Source: Promethearchaeota archaeon (GTDB taxonomy: Archaea > Asgardarchaeota > Lokiarchaeia > Sigyniarchaeales > SOKP01). Taken from it: a stretch of 43,582 bases of DNA. A program made the translations under genes and the position numbers. The notes below the pieces were generated by a model that had not been told where the DNA came from, ran no database searches, and saw only the letters and a list, made by a program, of their open reading frames with translations. Shown piece after piece: positions 29,070 to 39,472 of this stretch (positions within the stretch are counted from its first letter, which is position 1; the number at the start of each line of letters is the position of its first letter). The stretch covers positions 1-43,582 of the forward strand of contig JBHLMQ010000024.1 of assembly GCA_048938005.1 (NCBI GenBank). Direction: 5' to 3'.

Positions 29070-29783
29070 ATGGAAGATAAGGAAGAAATTTCTTCAGAAA
29101 ATTATGCAAATTGGTTTGCTCTTTATCATCTTTGCAGAAATATAGGAAGTCGGAAAGCTATTCACATTAGTAGTATTGAGTTTGGTAAGATACTCAATTT
29201 ATCTCAACAAACAGCATCCAGAAGGATAAACCAATTAGAAGAAATCGGTTGGATTCAAAGAAAGATTGTTGGAAAAGAACAAATCATAAGGATCACTAAG
29301 AAAGGTGCCGATGTAATGCTTACAATGTATAAAGATTTAAAACAGATTCTCGAAGATATCTTAATAGTCGGTGAAGTCACAGAAGGAATGGGAGAGGGGG
29401 GGTATTATGTTAGAATCAAGGAATATTATGAGCAATTTATTGCAAAATTAGGATTAGGAAAACCCTATTATGGAACATTAAACCTACAATTTAGTGATTT
29501 AAATAAAGAATTATTGGAAGAAAACTTAAAAAATCGAATCCCAGTTAGAATTACTGGATTTGAAAAGGAAGAAGTTGGACGAACATATGGATCAGTAGAT
29601 TGTTATCGTTGTATAGTATCTCGTTTGGATGATCAAGATAAAAAAGTAAACGCTGCTATATTAAAGATTAAAAGAACTCACCATAAGAAAAATATCGTTG
29701 AAATTCTAGCAGCACCATACCTAAGAGATGAATTAAATTTAAAGGATGGAGATAGAATTAGGATAGAATTTACTAAGAAGTAA
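29070..29783 (+). CDS. ribK: CTP-dependent riboflavin kinase with N-terminal wHTH (RbkR-type)
   Basis: SQQTASRRI..LE..GWI HTH; GEVTEGMGEGGYY, PYYGTLN, RTHH, EILA..LR..LNLKDGD. Confidence 0.92.
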   Translation: MEDKEEISSENYANWFALYHLCRNIGSRKAIHISSIEFGKILNLSQQTASRRINQLEEIGWIQRKIVGKEQIIRITKKGADVMLTMYKDLKQILEDILIVGEVTEGMGEGGYYVRIKEYYEQFIAKLGLGKPYYGTLNLQFSDLNKELLEENLKNRIPVRITGFEKEEVGRTYGSVDCYRCIVSRLDDQDKKVNAAILKIKRTHHKKNIVEILAAPYLRDELNLKDGDRIRIEFTKK

Positions 29784-29790
29784 ATAATTT

Positions 29791-30420
29791 TTACACTGTT
29801 TTTTGATTATCTCTCTTTTTTAGGTCAATGTAAAAACGAATCACTCTAAAAATAAATGTTCCTATAACAAGCCACATATAAACAAATAAAAACTCATTTA
29901 AAAAATCGAAAAAAAATCCTATAAACGAAGTTATAACGATGTAAAATAATCTTTCTGACCTTGCCATAAGTCCAACATCAAAATCACCTTTAAAAAATAC
30001 TTCTGCTCTTGCCCTAGTATAACTAATCATAATGGAAATTAAGAAAGATACGAGTATAATCATTTTCATATCGATACAATTCCAAAGTGATTGATCTTGG
30101 ATAAAAATAAACAATCCTAAGAATATGAAAAACTCCGAAATTCTGTCCATGAAAGAATCAAAAAATCCCCCAAATTTTGTAGATTTTCTAGTTAATCGAG
30201 CAATTGCTCCATCACATCCATCCATAATTCCTGTAATAAATACAAAAATAGAGAAGCATAAAAGATTTTGAAAAAGCGCTAAAGAAAGAAAACTGAAGAC
30301 AGAAAAGCAAAGCATAATAATAGTTGCTAAATTTGGTGTGACTCCAATTCTAATTAAGCCTTTTGCAATTAGATTTACCAAAGGTCTAAAAATATATCTT
30401 ACTCTAAATTTGGAAGCCAT
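29791..30420 (-). CDS. CDP-alcohol phosphatidyltransferase (archaetidylinositol-phosphate synthase-like)
   Basis: TPN...DGCDGAIAR...GGFFDSFMDR signature, SYTRARAE and GLMARSER. Confidence 0.9.
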   Translation of the reverse strand: MASKFRVRYIFRPLVNLIAKGLIRIGVTPNLATIIMLCFSVFSFLSLALFQNLLCFSIFVFITGIMDGCDGAIARLTRKSTKFGGFFDSFMDRISEFFIFLGLFIFIQDQSLWNCIDMKMIILVSFLISIMISYTRARAEVFFKGDFDVGLMARSERLFYIVITSFIGFFFDFLNEFLFVYMWLVIGTFIFRVIRFYIDLKKRDNQKTV

Positions 30421-30514
30421 ATTTTTTTACTTCTTTATGGGTTAAATTAAAATATGTTTCACATATTTTAAATATATAAATTAATGATTTAAACAATAAA
30501 GAGATTGAAAAGCA

Positions 30515-30820
30515 TTGAAACTACGCCTTATTTTAAAAACAACTACAAAGAAAAAAAAAGAAATAAGCCTTAAAATGAATATTGCGCCAAGCAAACATAT
30601 TGGATTTATAAATTTTATAAACTTAGCATTAAATCAAGGTTTACCCATAGAATTATCTTTTGAAAAAATATCAAAAACAGGTGAGCGAGAAGAAAGTAAA
30701 ATTTTTGGGGAATTTAAACTACAAGGTAAGGCTGATTCACGAATATATGAGTTAGAGGAGGAAATTCAAGAAGCAGAGCGTAAGAGAAAAAAACTACAGC
30801 AAAAACGAAAGCAACATTAG
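30515..30820 (+). CDS. Hypothetical basic protein with C-terminal coiled coil
   Basis: 101-aa ORF, TTG start, co-oriented with the downstream kinase gene. Confidence 0.65.
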   Translation: MKLRLILKTTTKKKKEISLKMNIAPSKHIGFINFINLALNQGLPIELSFEKISKTGEREESKIFGEFKLQGKADSRIYELEEEIQEAERKRKKLQQKRKQH

Positions 30821-30874
30821 GACTTTATCCTTATATTTGTTAACCCATAATGTTCATATCAAAGTTCAATCACT

Positions 30875-31825
30875 ATGATACAAAAAATTACTGTAAAAGT
30901 TCCTGGTCGAATCTGTCTTATGGGGGATAAGGTCGACCTATTGGGTAAACCAGTCATAGGAATGGCTATAAATTTAATGATGGCTATCAATTATGAAGAA
31001 AGAACAGATGGAATGATAGAATTCTTCAGTTATAATACAAAAGAAAGGATAAAATTCAAATTAGGTGAACCTGCTCCTCTTGATATAGATTTAGCATATT
31101 GGAGCGTATTATATGAAAGATTGAAAAATCATATAAAAACTGGATTTTATATAGATGTTAATTCAGATATTCCTATAGGAGCGGGATTATCCACATCTGC
31201 GGCTTTATCAATTGGTTTTATTAAATCATTAAACATAGCCCTAAATTTAAACATGTCTAACGCAGATATTGCGGAACTTGCTTATTTAGGAGAGAATCAT
31301 GATCTCGGTATTCAATGTGGAAGACTAGATCAATATACAGAGACATTTGGTGGAATTGTATTCATTCATACCGATGAAAATCCTGGAGTAGAACACTTAG
31401 ATGTTGAAGAATTACCAGTAGTAGTTGGAGATTCCATGGAAGAAAGAAAAGCTTCAAAAATATTAAATAGAGTGAAAAAAAATATACGAGAAAAAGATCC
31501 TACTACATTAAAAGCATTTAAAGTAATTGAAACGTGTGTATATCAAGCAAAAGAAGCAATATTACAAAAAGATTTTAAAAAATTAGGAGAATTAATGGAT
31601 AAACAACAAGAACAAGAAGCAATTTTAAAAGCAGATACAACAAAAATTTTAAAATTATGTAGAGCAGCTAAAGATGCTGGTGCTTTAGGTGCTAAACAAA
31701 TGGGGGCAGGCGGAGGAGGCTGTATTGTGACAATTGCACCTGGAAAACAAAAAAAAGTTGCTCAAGCAATTAATAATGCTGGAGGAAAAGCTTGGATTTT
31801 TAAAATTTTTCGATATCCTAAGTAA
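30875..31825 (+). CDS. GHMP-family kinase (galactokinase/mevalonate kinase-like)
   Basis: PGRICLMGD, PIGAGLSTSAA, CGRLDQ and GAKQMGAGGGGC motifs. Confidence 0.9.
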   Translation: MIQKITVKVPGRICLMGDKVDLLGKPVIGMAINLMMAINYEERTDGMIEFFSYNTKERIKFKLGEPAPLDIDLAYWSVLYERLKNHIKTGFYIDVNSDIPIGAGLSTSAALSIGFIKSLNIALNLNMSNADIAELAYLGENHDLGIQCGRLDQYTETFGGIVFIHTDENPGVEHLDVEELPVVVGDSMEERKASKILNRVKKNIREKDPTTLKAFKVIETCVYQAKEAILQKDFKKLGELMDKQQEQEAILKADTTKILKLCRAAKDAGALGAKQMGAGGGGCIVTIAPGKQKKVAQAINNAGGKAWIFKIFRYPK

Positions 31826-31972
31826 TCTTCCGATATTCAAACTCCCAAGTCTTCTTCACATACACTAATTGAGGATGCGAAAATGTTTTACACTAATTTT
31901 TTGTAGATTGTGTAACAAAACATAAAAAAAAATTTGTGGTAAAAACGATTTAGAGATTATTTTTATTTTTTA

Positions 31973-32722
31973 TTAATTAAAAGAGATAAATCCCAATTTA
32001 ATGAGGTTTTTACATACATTATATACTTGATTTTGATTTAAATTCAAATATTTAGCAATTTGATTGATTGATTTTTCTCCATTTATTTGTTCATAAACTT
32101 TGCATGAATTATCTCCTGTTAAATAGTATTTTGGATTAATTTTTTTAGAGCTCGTGTAAATAGGTATATAATGATAGTATTCTGGTGTCTCTTCAATATT
32201 TTCTATATCAGTTTTTGGTTTTACTGATTTTATATCTTCTTCCACAAAACTGTTGAGAAATTTAAAAGCTCTATTCTTTTCTTGACTCTCATTTTTCCTT
32301 TTTTCTTCTTCAAAATATTGGTCAACTACCCTATTAAATGACTTAAAATAATCTAACTTCCCATTCCAGTTTGAAATTTGATCGATATTAAATTCTTTCA
32401 AAAAAATGTAAGAAATTTTTTTTAAAAATCGTTGCACGTTTAATAGTTCTGACTTGTCGTCATAAGTAGCGAGATATATTAAATCTGGGAAGTTTGGCTC
32501 TTTTAAGAAAGATAGTTTTAGATTATTATTTGATAATTTTAATTCACTAATGGTTCCTAAATCATCAAATGAATCCGAAAAAGAATTCAATGCTGAAAAA
32601 AATCCAGATATCATAATGAGATTGTCTTCTTGAGAAATAAGATTCTTAATATTTGAGGAATTAGAAAAATTCTTTGAAAATAGAGGTAATCCGTCTTTAA
32701 TAATTACAACGTCGCAAATCAT
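31973..32722 (-). CDS. Longin-like domain plus C-terminal winged-HTH protein
   Basis: 'VIIKDGLPLFSKNF...MISGFFSALNSFS...ISELKL' longin-like pattern; C-terminal 'INGEKSINQIAKYLNL...VCKNLIKLGFI' wHTH. Confidence 0.65.
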   Translation of the reverse strand: MICDVVIIKDGLPLFSKNFSNSSNIKNLISQEDNLIMISGFFSALNSFSDSFDDLGTISELKLSNNNLKLSFLKEPNFPDLIYLATYDDKSELLNVQRFLKKISYIFLKEFNIDQISNWNGKLDYFKSFNRVVDQYFEEEKRKNESQEKNRAFKFLNSFVEEDIKSVKPKTDIENIEETPEYYHYIPIYTSSKKINPKYYLTGDNSCKVYEQINGEKSINQIAKYLNLNQNQVYNVCKNLIKLGFISFN

Positions 32723-32921
32723 TAATCTCAGGAATTTATATCCTATATTTTTTAAAAATATGAAGATCTATTGTTAATTTAAAAGGATCTATATTATCGG
32801 AAAAAAAAAGAATTATAATACATCTGTGATATCAGAGTAATATAAATATTCATTATAAGTAAATTGAAAAAGCTGGAAATAACACATTCTTAATCAAATT
32901 AATTAATGGTGTCGAGCTTTA

Positions 32922-33689
32922 TTGAAAGCAATAGTGTTATGTGCAGGATTAGGAAAAAGAGTACAACCTTATACTAAAACCTATCAAAAATCAATGTTAC
33001 CTATTCACGGTAAACCCCTTTTAGAATACATTCTAAATGGTTTAGTATATACTGGTTTTAAAAATTTCATTATAGTGGTAGGATATAAAAAAGAACAAAT
33101 AATAGATTATTTCAAAAATGGAGAAAAATGGAGTATCAATTTAGAATATGTAGAACAAAAGAATTTAAATGGAACAGGTGGTGCTCTATTAAAATGTCAA
33201 AATGCAATAGAAGAAGAGCATTTTTTTTTAACTTGGGGTGATATCTTAGTACCCTATAATATATATAAAAAAGTTTTTACTACTTTTAAAGAAGAGCAGA
33301 ATGAATCTGTTTTAGTAGCTAATTATACTGATGATCCTTATAAGGGAGCAGTTATTTATAGCACGAATAATTATTGTGTTGACATTATTGAAAAACCGCC
33401 AATAGGTAAATCTAAATCTAATCTTAATAATTGTGGAATCTTTATTCTTTCAAAAGAGATTTTTGAAGTTATAAACTCTCTTGAACCTTCTACAAGAGGC
33501 GAAATTGAGTTGACAGAAGCGTTAAGGATTGGAATTCATAAAAGAAAATGGAAAATTCGAGTTATTGAAATGGAAAAGAATCAATTTAGAGGAGATTTTG
33601 GAGATAGGAATGTCTATGAGCAATTAAAAGAAAATTCAAATTGGTTAAGAGAATTAGTTAGCAATAATAGAAATCAAAATAAAACGTGA
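32922..33689 (+). CDS. Sugar-phosphate nucleotidyltransferase (GlmU/RmlA-like)
   Basis: AIVLCAGLGKR..P.T...KSMLPI.GKP, GTGGA, WGD, EKP and STRGEIELTEA; TTG start. Confidence 0.9.
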   Translation: MKAIVLCAGLGKRVQPYTKTYQKSMLPIHGKPLLEYILNGLVYTGFKNFIIVVGYKKEQIIDYFKNGEKWSINLEYVEQKNLNGTGGALLKCQNAIEEEHFFLTWGDILVPYNIYKKVFTTFKEEQNESVLVANYTDDPYKGAVIYSTNNYCVDIIEKPPIGKSKSNLNNCGIFILSKEIFEVINSLEPSTRGEIELTEALRIGIHKRKWKIRVIEMEKNQFRGDFGDRNVYEQLKENSNWLRELVSNNRNQNKT

Positions 33690-33833
33690 ATTATTCACTT
33701 AAAGATACCGTTTTTAGATTTTTTTACTGAATTATTGAAAAAAATACACCTTTTTATATCAGATATTAGAAGTGTTATTGTAATAAGAATTCTACACAAT
33801 TTAATTAAATCAAATAATAAAGGTATTTCAAGA

Positions 33834-34349
33834 GTGCGTCAAATTCTCGAGAAAAAAAGGATCATTATTTTTATCGATCATGCAAATATTTTCCATAATA
33901 TTGAAAATCTGAACATAAGGATTAATTATTTGAAACTGAAGGAAATATTTACTCAGAACCATCATTTAGTGGGTTGTTTTATGTATATGTCAATTTTTGA
34001 TAAGATTCTGCCCAAAAAACTCAAATTTTTAAATTATATAAGAGCTCAAGGATTTATAATTCAACCAAAACCAGTGATTATATCTCCAACTGGCAAAAAA
34101 AAACAGAAGGGTTTAGACATTTTTATATATAAAGACATTGTGGAGCTAGCTGAAGAAGATACGTATGATAAAGCGATATTGGTAAGCGGAGACTCAGATT
34201 TTTTAGATGTTGTAAGAAAATTGAAAGAATTGAAAAAAGAAATCGAGATTTGGAGTTTTAAGAAGTCAATATCACGATCCCTAATAGATGAAGCTGGACA
34301 AGATAATGTTCATTATATTGATTATATATTAGATGAAATTAGATATTAA
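33834..34349 (+). CDS. NYN domain (LabA/DUF88, PIN-like) protein
   Basis: IFIDHANI, KQKGLD, LVSGDSDF and SRSLIDEA motifs; GTG at 33834 preferred. Confidence 0.88.
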   Translation: MRQILEKKRIIIFIDHANIFHNIENLNIRINYLKLKEIFTQNHHLVGCFMYMSIFDKILPKKLKFLNYIRAQGFIIQPKPVIISPTGKKKQKGLDIFIYKDIVELAEEDTYDKAILVSGDSDFLDVVRKLKELKKEIEIWSFKKSISRSLIDEAGQDNVHYIDYILDEIRY

Positions 34350-34655
34350 TAAACAAAAAAGTTATGAGTTTAAATATGAAAATTAAGACTAAATATTGTT
34401 TTTTTGGTTAATATTCTCCTTTTTGAGAGGATGTTGAGAAGATGTTCTAATTAAATCATTCGCTAATATCTCGTTTCCCTTCGAAAAAAACTCTTCTCAC
34501 AATTTCTCTCTTTAATTTTAATGTTAAGACTTTAATACCATTATAAAATGCTGAATAACATATTTATCCAACTCTATAAAAATTGGACTATTCAAGAATT
34601 ATTAACAAAAAATATTTATTTTGCACTATAATAAAATATACTAACAAAATTTTGA

Positions 34656-35234
34656 ATGATAAAAATGAGTTACGATAAATATCGGTATAGGTATTATTAT
34701 AAAGAAACTTATGAAGCTGCTATTGGAACTTTTGCTGTTGCTATAGTTTTTCTTTTTGTTGCGATCTTATCATTATTTTTTAGAGCTTATAATATTAATT
34801 TCATAGGACTAGATAATTGGGGGTATTGGATGTTTATTCCTGCTTTTTTTATTTTCATTGGTGGATTTGAACAGCTTTATAGAAATTATAAATACAAGCA
34901 GGTTGTAAAGAATGCTATTATCCAAAGAAACTTTCAAGGGACCTATAAACTTGAACATATCGCATTGGAAATAGGTATGAAACCAAACGTATTACTGCGT
35001 GTGTTAGCAGATCTAAGAAATAGAGGAGAAATAAAGTATAGTTTTGATGCTGATTCAGGACAAATTATCTTAGGCCAAACAATAACATATTCCCCTGCGA
35101 CTGAGTATATTCCACCTCCTAAAAAGATAAGTGAACCTTTACCAACGGAAGGAAAAAATTATTGTGTTTATTGTGGTCATAAATTGGAAGCAGAAGGAAA
35201 TTTCTGTCCTAATTGTGGATCTAAACTTTCTTAA
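34656..35234 (+). CDS. Two-TM protein with PCI-like winged helix and C-terminal double zinc ribbon
   Basis: Two TM helices; 'LEHIALEIGMKPNVLLRVLADLRNRGEIKYSFDADSGQII'; CVYCG...CPNCG. Confidence 0.7.
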   Translation: MIKMSYDKYRYRYYYKETYEAAIGTFAVAIVFLFVAILSLFFRAYNINFIGLDNWGYWMFIPAFFIFIGGFEQLYRNYKYKQVVKNAIIQRNFQGTYKLEHIALEIGMKPNVLLRVLADLRNRGEIKYSFDADSGQIILGQTITYSPATEYIPPPKKISEPLPTEGKNYCVYCGHKLEAEGNFCPNCGSKLS

Positions 35235-35343
35235 ATTAATTATAAATTTTTCTTTTTTCTTTATTATTTAAAATGATTTTCAAAAGAATCCTTTCATATC
35301 AAAGATTATATTTAAAAATTATCTATGAATTAATTTTAACAAA

Positions 35344-36369
35344 ATGAAAATATTGCGGATTCCACCTCCTATTTCTGGAGGTTTAATCCTCTCTTATAAA
35401 TGTAGTGGTGAGTGCAAACATTGTATGTATTTCGGATCACCAAAGTGGAGCAATGATTGGATCAGAGAAAAAGATTTGGAAGAAACTTTAACGTATATAT
35501 CAAATTATATTCAAGAGTCTCCATACGGTCCCGAAAATGTAAATCTCAATTATGGAATTCATTTTACTGGTGGAGAGCCATTTCTCAATTATGATCTTTT
35601 ATTAAAAGCAGTAGAAATTGGCAAAAGCTTAGATCTTCCATCTAGTTTTGTAGAAACAAACTGCTATTGGTGCAAAAATGATAAAATAACAAAAGAGAAA
35701 TTAGTTGAACTTAAAGAAAAAGGATTGAAAGGTATTTTGATTAGTGTAAACCCTTTTATTCTAGAATTTGTTCCGTTTGAACGTACTGAACGTGCAATAA
35801 AAATAAGCATGGATGTCTTTAGGAAAAATTTCATGATTTATCAATTGTATTATTATATGCAATTTAAAGAATTAAATATTAAAGAAAAACTCTCTCTTGA
35901 GAAATATCTTCAATTAATTAGTATGGATGATTTGAAAAGAAGAGTAGAGCTATTTAAAATGGGACGGGCAATTTATACTCTTCAAAATTTATACCAAAAA
36001 TATCCCATCAATTACTTTTTTAAGGAGAATTGTAGGACAGAATTGGTTAGGAATTGGCATTGTCACTTCGATAATTATGGTAATTATATGCCAGGATATT
36101 GTGGAGGGCTTACTTGGGGTAATATCAGAAATTTGGATTCACTTTGTATTGATGGAATCAATCTTGATGAATACCCTATTTTAAGAGCTTTAATCATAGG
36201 AAATATAAAAGATCTATATGAATTCGCAAATAAAGAATTTGGATATAAAGAAAGAAAAGAAGGTTATGTTTCAAAATGCCATATTTGCTTCGATATTAGA
36301 AGACATATAATTTTGAACACTGAAGAATTTAAAGAACTCAATCCACCTGAGTTTTACTTACATATATAA
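35344..36369 (+). CDS. Radical SAM protein
   Basis: CSGECKHC (CxxxCxxC), FTGGEP and VETN motifs; C-terminal Cys cluster (CHIC). Confidence 0.9.
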   Translation: MKILRIPPPISGGLILSYKCSGECKHCMYFGSPKWSNDWIREKDLEETLTYISNYIQESPYGPENVNLNYGIHFTGGEPFLNYDLLLKAVEIGKSLDLPSSFVETNCYWCKNDKITKEKLVELKEKGLKGILISVNPFILEFVPFERTERAIKISMDVFRKNFMIYQLYYYMQFKELNIKEKLSLEKYLQLISMDDLKRRVELFKMGRAIYTLQNLYQKYPINYFFKENCRTELVRNWHCHFDNYGNYMPGYCGGLTWGNIRNLDSLCIDGINLDEYPILRALIIGNIKDLYEFANKEFGYKERKEGYVSKCHICFDIRRHIILNTEEFKELNPPEFYLHI

Positions 36370-36401
36370 AAAAAAGATTTATTTTAGGATAATTTTTGAT
36401 C

Positions 36402-37802
36402 TTAAGCAGTTAGTACTCTTTCTTTTTTTTCTGAATGTAATTTTCTCGCCTGTTCAGTTAGTTCATCGTATTTTTCTTTATTAATTGGGAAGTATAACAT
36501 ACTTATAATCCCTATAACCAGGAATATTGTAGGAAAAATAAACATTAAGCTACGTAAACCGAAAATATTCTCTGTAGTAATCGTACTAGGGTCGAAAATA
36601 GCCCAATCAGTTCCAATAAAAACTAACGCTATTGTTATATAAATTAACACATTACTTAGTTTTATAACAAATCCCTGTATTCCAAAGAATCCTGCCTCTC
36701 TTCGGATCCCTGTATTCAATTCATCTTCATCAATTATAGCTGCAACGGTAATATCTCTAACAATCAAAACGCCTGCTAATCCAAAGCCCCAGATTAAAAG
36801 AGTAATAAATCCAGATATTTCATTTGAAATGAACATAAATGGGAATAGTGTTGCTATAAACACTATTAATGATAAAATGTATGATTTTTTGGCTCCAAGT
36901 CTCCTAATGATAATTCGCCAAGGAAATACAAAAATCATTGCTGCAACAAAACCAGTTCCAAGCATTAATGATTGAATAAAAGCATCTTCAACACCTAATA
37001 CAAAATCACCATAAAGTGGAAATACTGTAGGAAGCATACCAAACGAATACCAGAGAGCAAAACTACCCACAATATAAAACCTAAATGATTTATTTCGGAA
37101 TGTATACTTCAATGAGGTAAAGAACGTGGGAGCACTTTTAGGATCCTTTGAAAATTCAACTCTTTCTTTTAATCCAAAGATTATAAAAATAAATCCTGAA
37201 ATATTACATATTATTGAAATAACAATTGCAGCAAGACTAAATTCAGCAAAATATTGAGGATCATCAAATTTTGGAATGAAAATACCTGGCAAAATAAACG
37301 CAATAAGAAGAGAAATAACTTGAAAGAATTGTACTGAAGTATTTGCTTTTGTTCTTTGTTCCAAATCTCTGAACATTTCGGGAAACAAAGATGTTTGATT
37401 TACGGAGTACATAGTATAAAAAAATTCCCATAGGATAATAATTATTAAAAAATAAACAAATGCAGCGATATCATCACCTCTAGGTGGAGTCCAAAGCAAC
37501 ACGTTTATGATAAGAAGTGGGACAAATCCTGCAATAATGAATGGTTTTCTACGGCCCCATTTTGAGCTTGTACGGTCTGACAATGATCCTAGAAGTGGAT
37601 CATTAATGGCATTCCAAACAGACCAAATTATGAAAGCAACTGTAATTAGAGTTACATTTAATGAAACAACTGAATAGTAGAAAGTAAAGATTAAAAAAGT
37701 AAAGAATTGTAAAAAAATGACATCTGTAAAACCAGCAAAACTATAAAACACTGCTTTTTTCAAGGAATATTCATCTTCCTCATCTTTTCTTTTTTCAGTC
37801 AT
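36402..37802 (-). CDS. MFS transporter, glycoside-pentoside-hexuronide (MelB-like) family
   Basis: WNAINDPLLGSLSDRTSSKWGRRKPF and IIDEDELNTGIRREAGFFG motifs; 12 TM. Confidence 0.9.
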   Translation of the reverse strand: MTEKRKDEEDEYSLKKAVFYSFAGFTDVIFLQFFTFLIFTFYYSVVSLNVTLITVAFIIWSVWNAINDPLLGSLSDRTSSKWGRRKPFIIAGFVPLLIINVLLWTPPRGDDIAAFVYFLIIIILWEFFYTMYSVNQTSLFPEMFRDLEQRTKANTSVQFFQVISLLIAFILPGIFIPKFDDPQYFAEFSLAAIVISIICNISGFIFIIFGLKERVEFSKDPKSAPTFFTSLKYTFRNKSFRFYIVGSFALWYSFGMLPTVFPLYGDFVLGVEDAFIQSLMLGTGFVAAMIFVFPWRIIIRRLGAKKSYILSLIVFIATLFPFMFISNEISGFITLLIWGFGLAGVLIVRDITVAAIIDEDELNTGIRREAGFFGIQGFVIKLSNVLIYITIALVFIGTDWAIFDPSTITTENIFGLRSLMFIFPTIFLVIGIISMLYFPINKEKYDELTEQARKLHSEKKERVLTA

Positions 37803-38102
37803 GATAATTCACTATTTTCATAAAAAATATTATATTTTTGTTTAGAACTAAAAATAAATTGCTCTTGAAATTTATAAATATTTAATTTTTCCTTACATAA
37901 TTCTCTCATCCTTTTTTTACTATTGACGCTCTTTTACATCCAAATATTCAAATTTCCACTAAATTCAGAGAGGCTTTTTTTTTAAATATTGAAATGATTT
38001 TACTTATATCAAATTGAATTCTCTCTGAGATGAAATATAATTTCAAAAGGCTTTGTTAATAAAAACTACTCTGAAATTTCGATAGAGAAAAATCCAAGTT
38101 TA

Positions 38103-38534
38103 TTGAAAACAAATATTTTCAATAAGGGTGAGCTTCAAAATTTAGATAAAAATATTATTTCTGGACTCCTCTCGGAGCTATTTAACCACATAAATTCAAA
38201 AGAATCCTTTAATTACATTTCAGATTTATTAATTGCATCTCTCAGTAAATATAAAAAGAATTTTCCAGTTGAAAATTTTATTGAGAATCAAGACAATTCT
38301 CTTAATAAAATTGATAAAAACTATATTAGCAACTTGGGCTCTAACTTAACCGACTCTAAAAATGAATATCTTGCCATTTCAAATGATATCCATTCGATTT
38401 TATCGAATTGCCCAGACTTAACTAACAACCAAAAACTTGATTTTTGTACTAATCAAAGATATTTCATGAAATTATATTTAAAAGAAGTATTAATCCAAAT
38501 AAATAAAGTATATCCTATTATTGAAAGATATTGA
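38103..38534 (+). CDS. Hypothetical protein or degenerate gene (start uncertain)
   Basis: Open frame extends upstream to 38034 without an ATG; Asn-rich, no recognisable motif. Confidence 0.35.
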   Translation: MKTNIFNKGELQNLDKNIISGLLSELFNHINSKESFNYISDLLIASLSKYKKNFPVENFIENQDNSLNKIDKNYISNLGSNLTDSKNEYLAISNDIHSILSNCPDLTNNQKLDFCTNQRYFMKLYLKEVLIQINKVYPIIERY

Positions 38535-38602
38535 AATTATTTTTTGATTAAAAAATCCTTATTCTTAAAAAAAAAAATAAAAAAATTAAATTTAATTTAT
38601 AT

Positions 38603-39313
38603 TTAAGTCTTTAAGCCTAGATACATCCAAACGGCGAATGTAGCCATTACAACTCTTATGACCCAAATAGCGAGAGGTAGAGTAAGAATTGAATCTAATG
38701 CTCCACATACAACAAAAATTATAAAACCAATTGACAAATAAGTAAATTTTTTTCTTAAAAGACCTGTTGCTTGTTTTGCTTTTACTGCCATTCCAATTCC
38801 TAAGAAAACTAACGCAGATACTAAAAATATTGCTACCATAATAAATGTTGGATGAGTTCTATTAAAACCAGCATCAATTAAACCATCAACAGGAGGTTTA
38901 ACTTCTATAAACTGAAATGATTGCCCAATATTTGGTTGAGTCCATAGAAAAAATTCAAATATCCCGCCTAAGACTACAAAAATTCCCACAAGCAACCATT
39001 TATATTTAGGTATTAGAAGTTCGCCACCTAGGTACATCGAAAAAAACAAAGCAGGTGCTACCCAGGTATAACTTAAAAGTACGTAAATGGTTACAGGATT
39101 AAGATTTGTATCGTTGATTAATTTTAAGAAAAAATCAGTAGTTGGTCCAAGCCATAAGAATCCAACGAAAATCATGACTACACCAGCTATCGAAAGTAGT
39201 TTTGCTTTCAATTTTATTGATTTATATAGAGAAAACAATCCAAAAATAACTGAGGAAAAAATTATAAGTGAAGCAGTTAAACCATCCATCCAACCTTCAA
39301 AAACGAGTCCCAT
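38603..39313 (-). CDS. Hypothetical 7-TM membrane protein
   Basis: About seven hydrophobic helices, resembling the 7TM sensor-like proteins common in Lokiarchaeia (inference). Confidence 0.7.
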   Translation of the reverse strand: MGLVFEGWMDGLTASLIIFSSVIFGLFSLYKSIKLKAKLLSIAGVVMIFVGFLWLGPTTDFFLKLINDTNLNPVTIYVLLSYTWVAPALFFSMYLGGELLIPKYKWLLVGIFVVLGGIFEFFLWTQPNIGQSFQFIEVKPPVDGLIDAGFNRTHPTFIMVAIFLVSALVFLGIGMAVKAKQATGLLRKKFTYLSIGFIIFVVCGALDSILTLPLAIWVIRVVMATFAVWMYLGLKT

Positions 39314-39472
39314 TTGTATTTTATCACCACTATGTAAAAAAATTCAATTATGAAATTATATATTTATTTATTTTGATTTTATTTATAATTATATTTTTTG
39401 ATGTAATAAAGTAATATAATATATGTTTAACAATAGCATAAATGTAATATTCTCACTTATAATTCTTTCCAT

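Noticed and set aside
30875-31825. Assigning mvk or galK to the GHMP kinase
   Set aside because: The substrate motif GDKVD matches neither GEH(A/S)VVY nor GEHxDY exactly.
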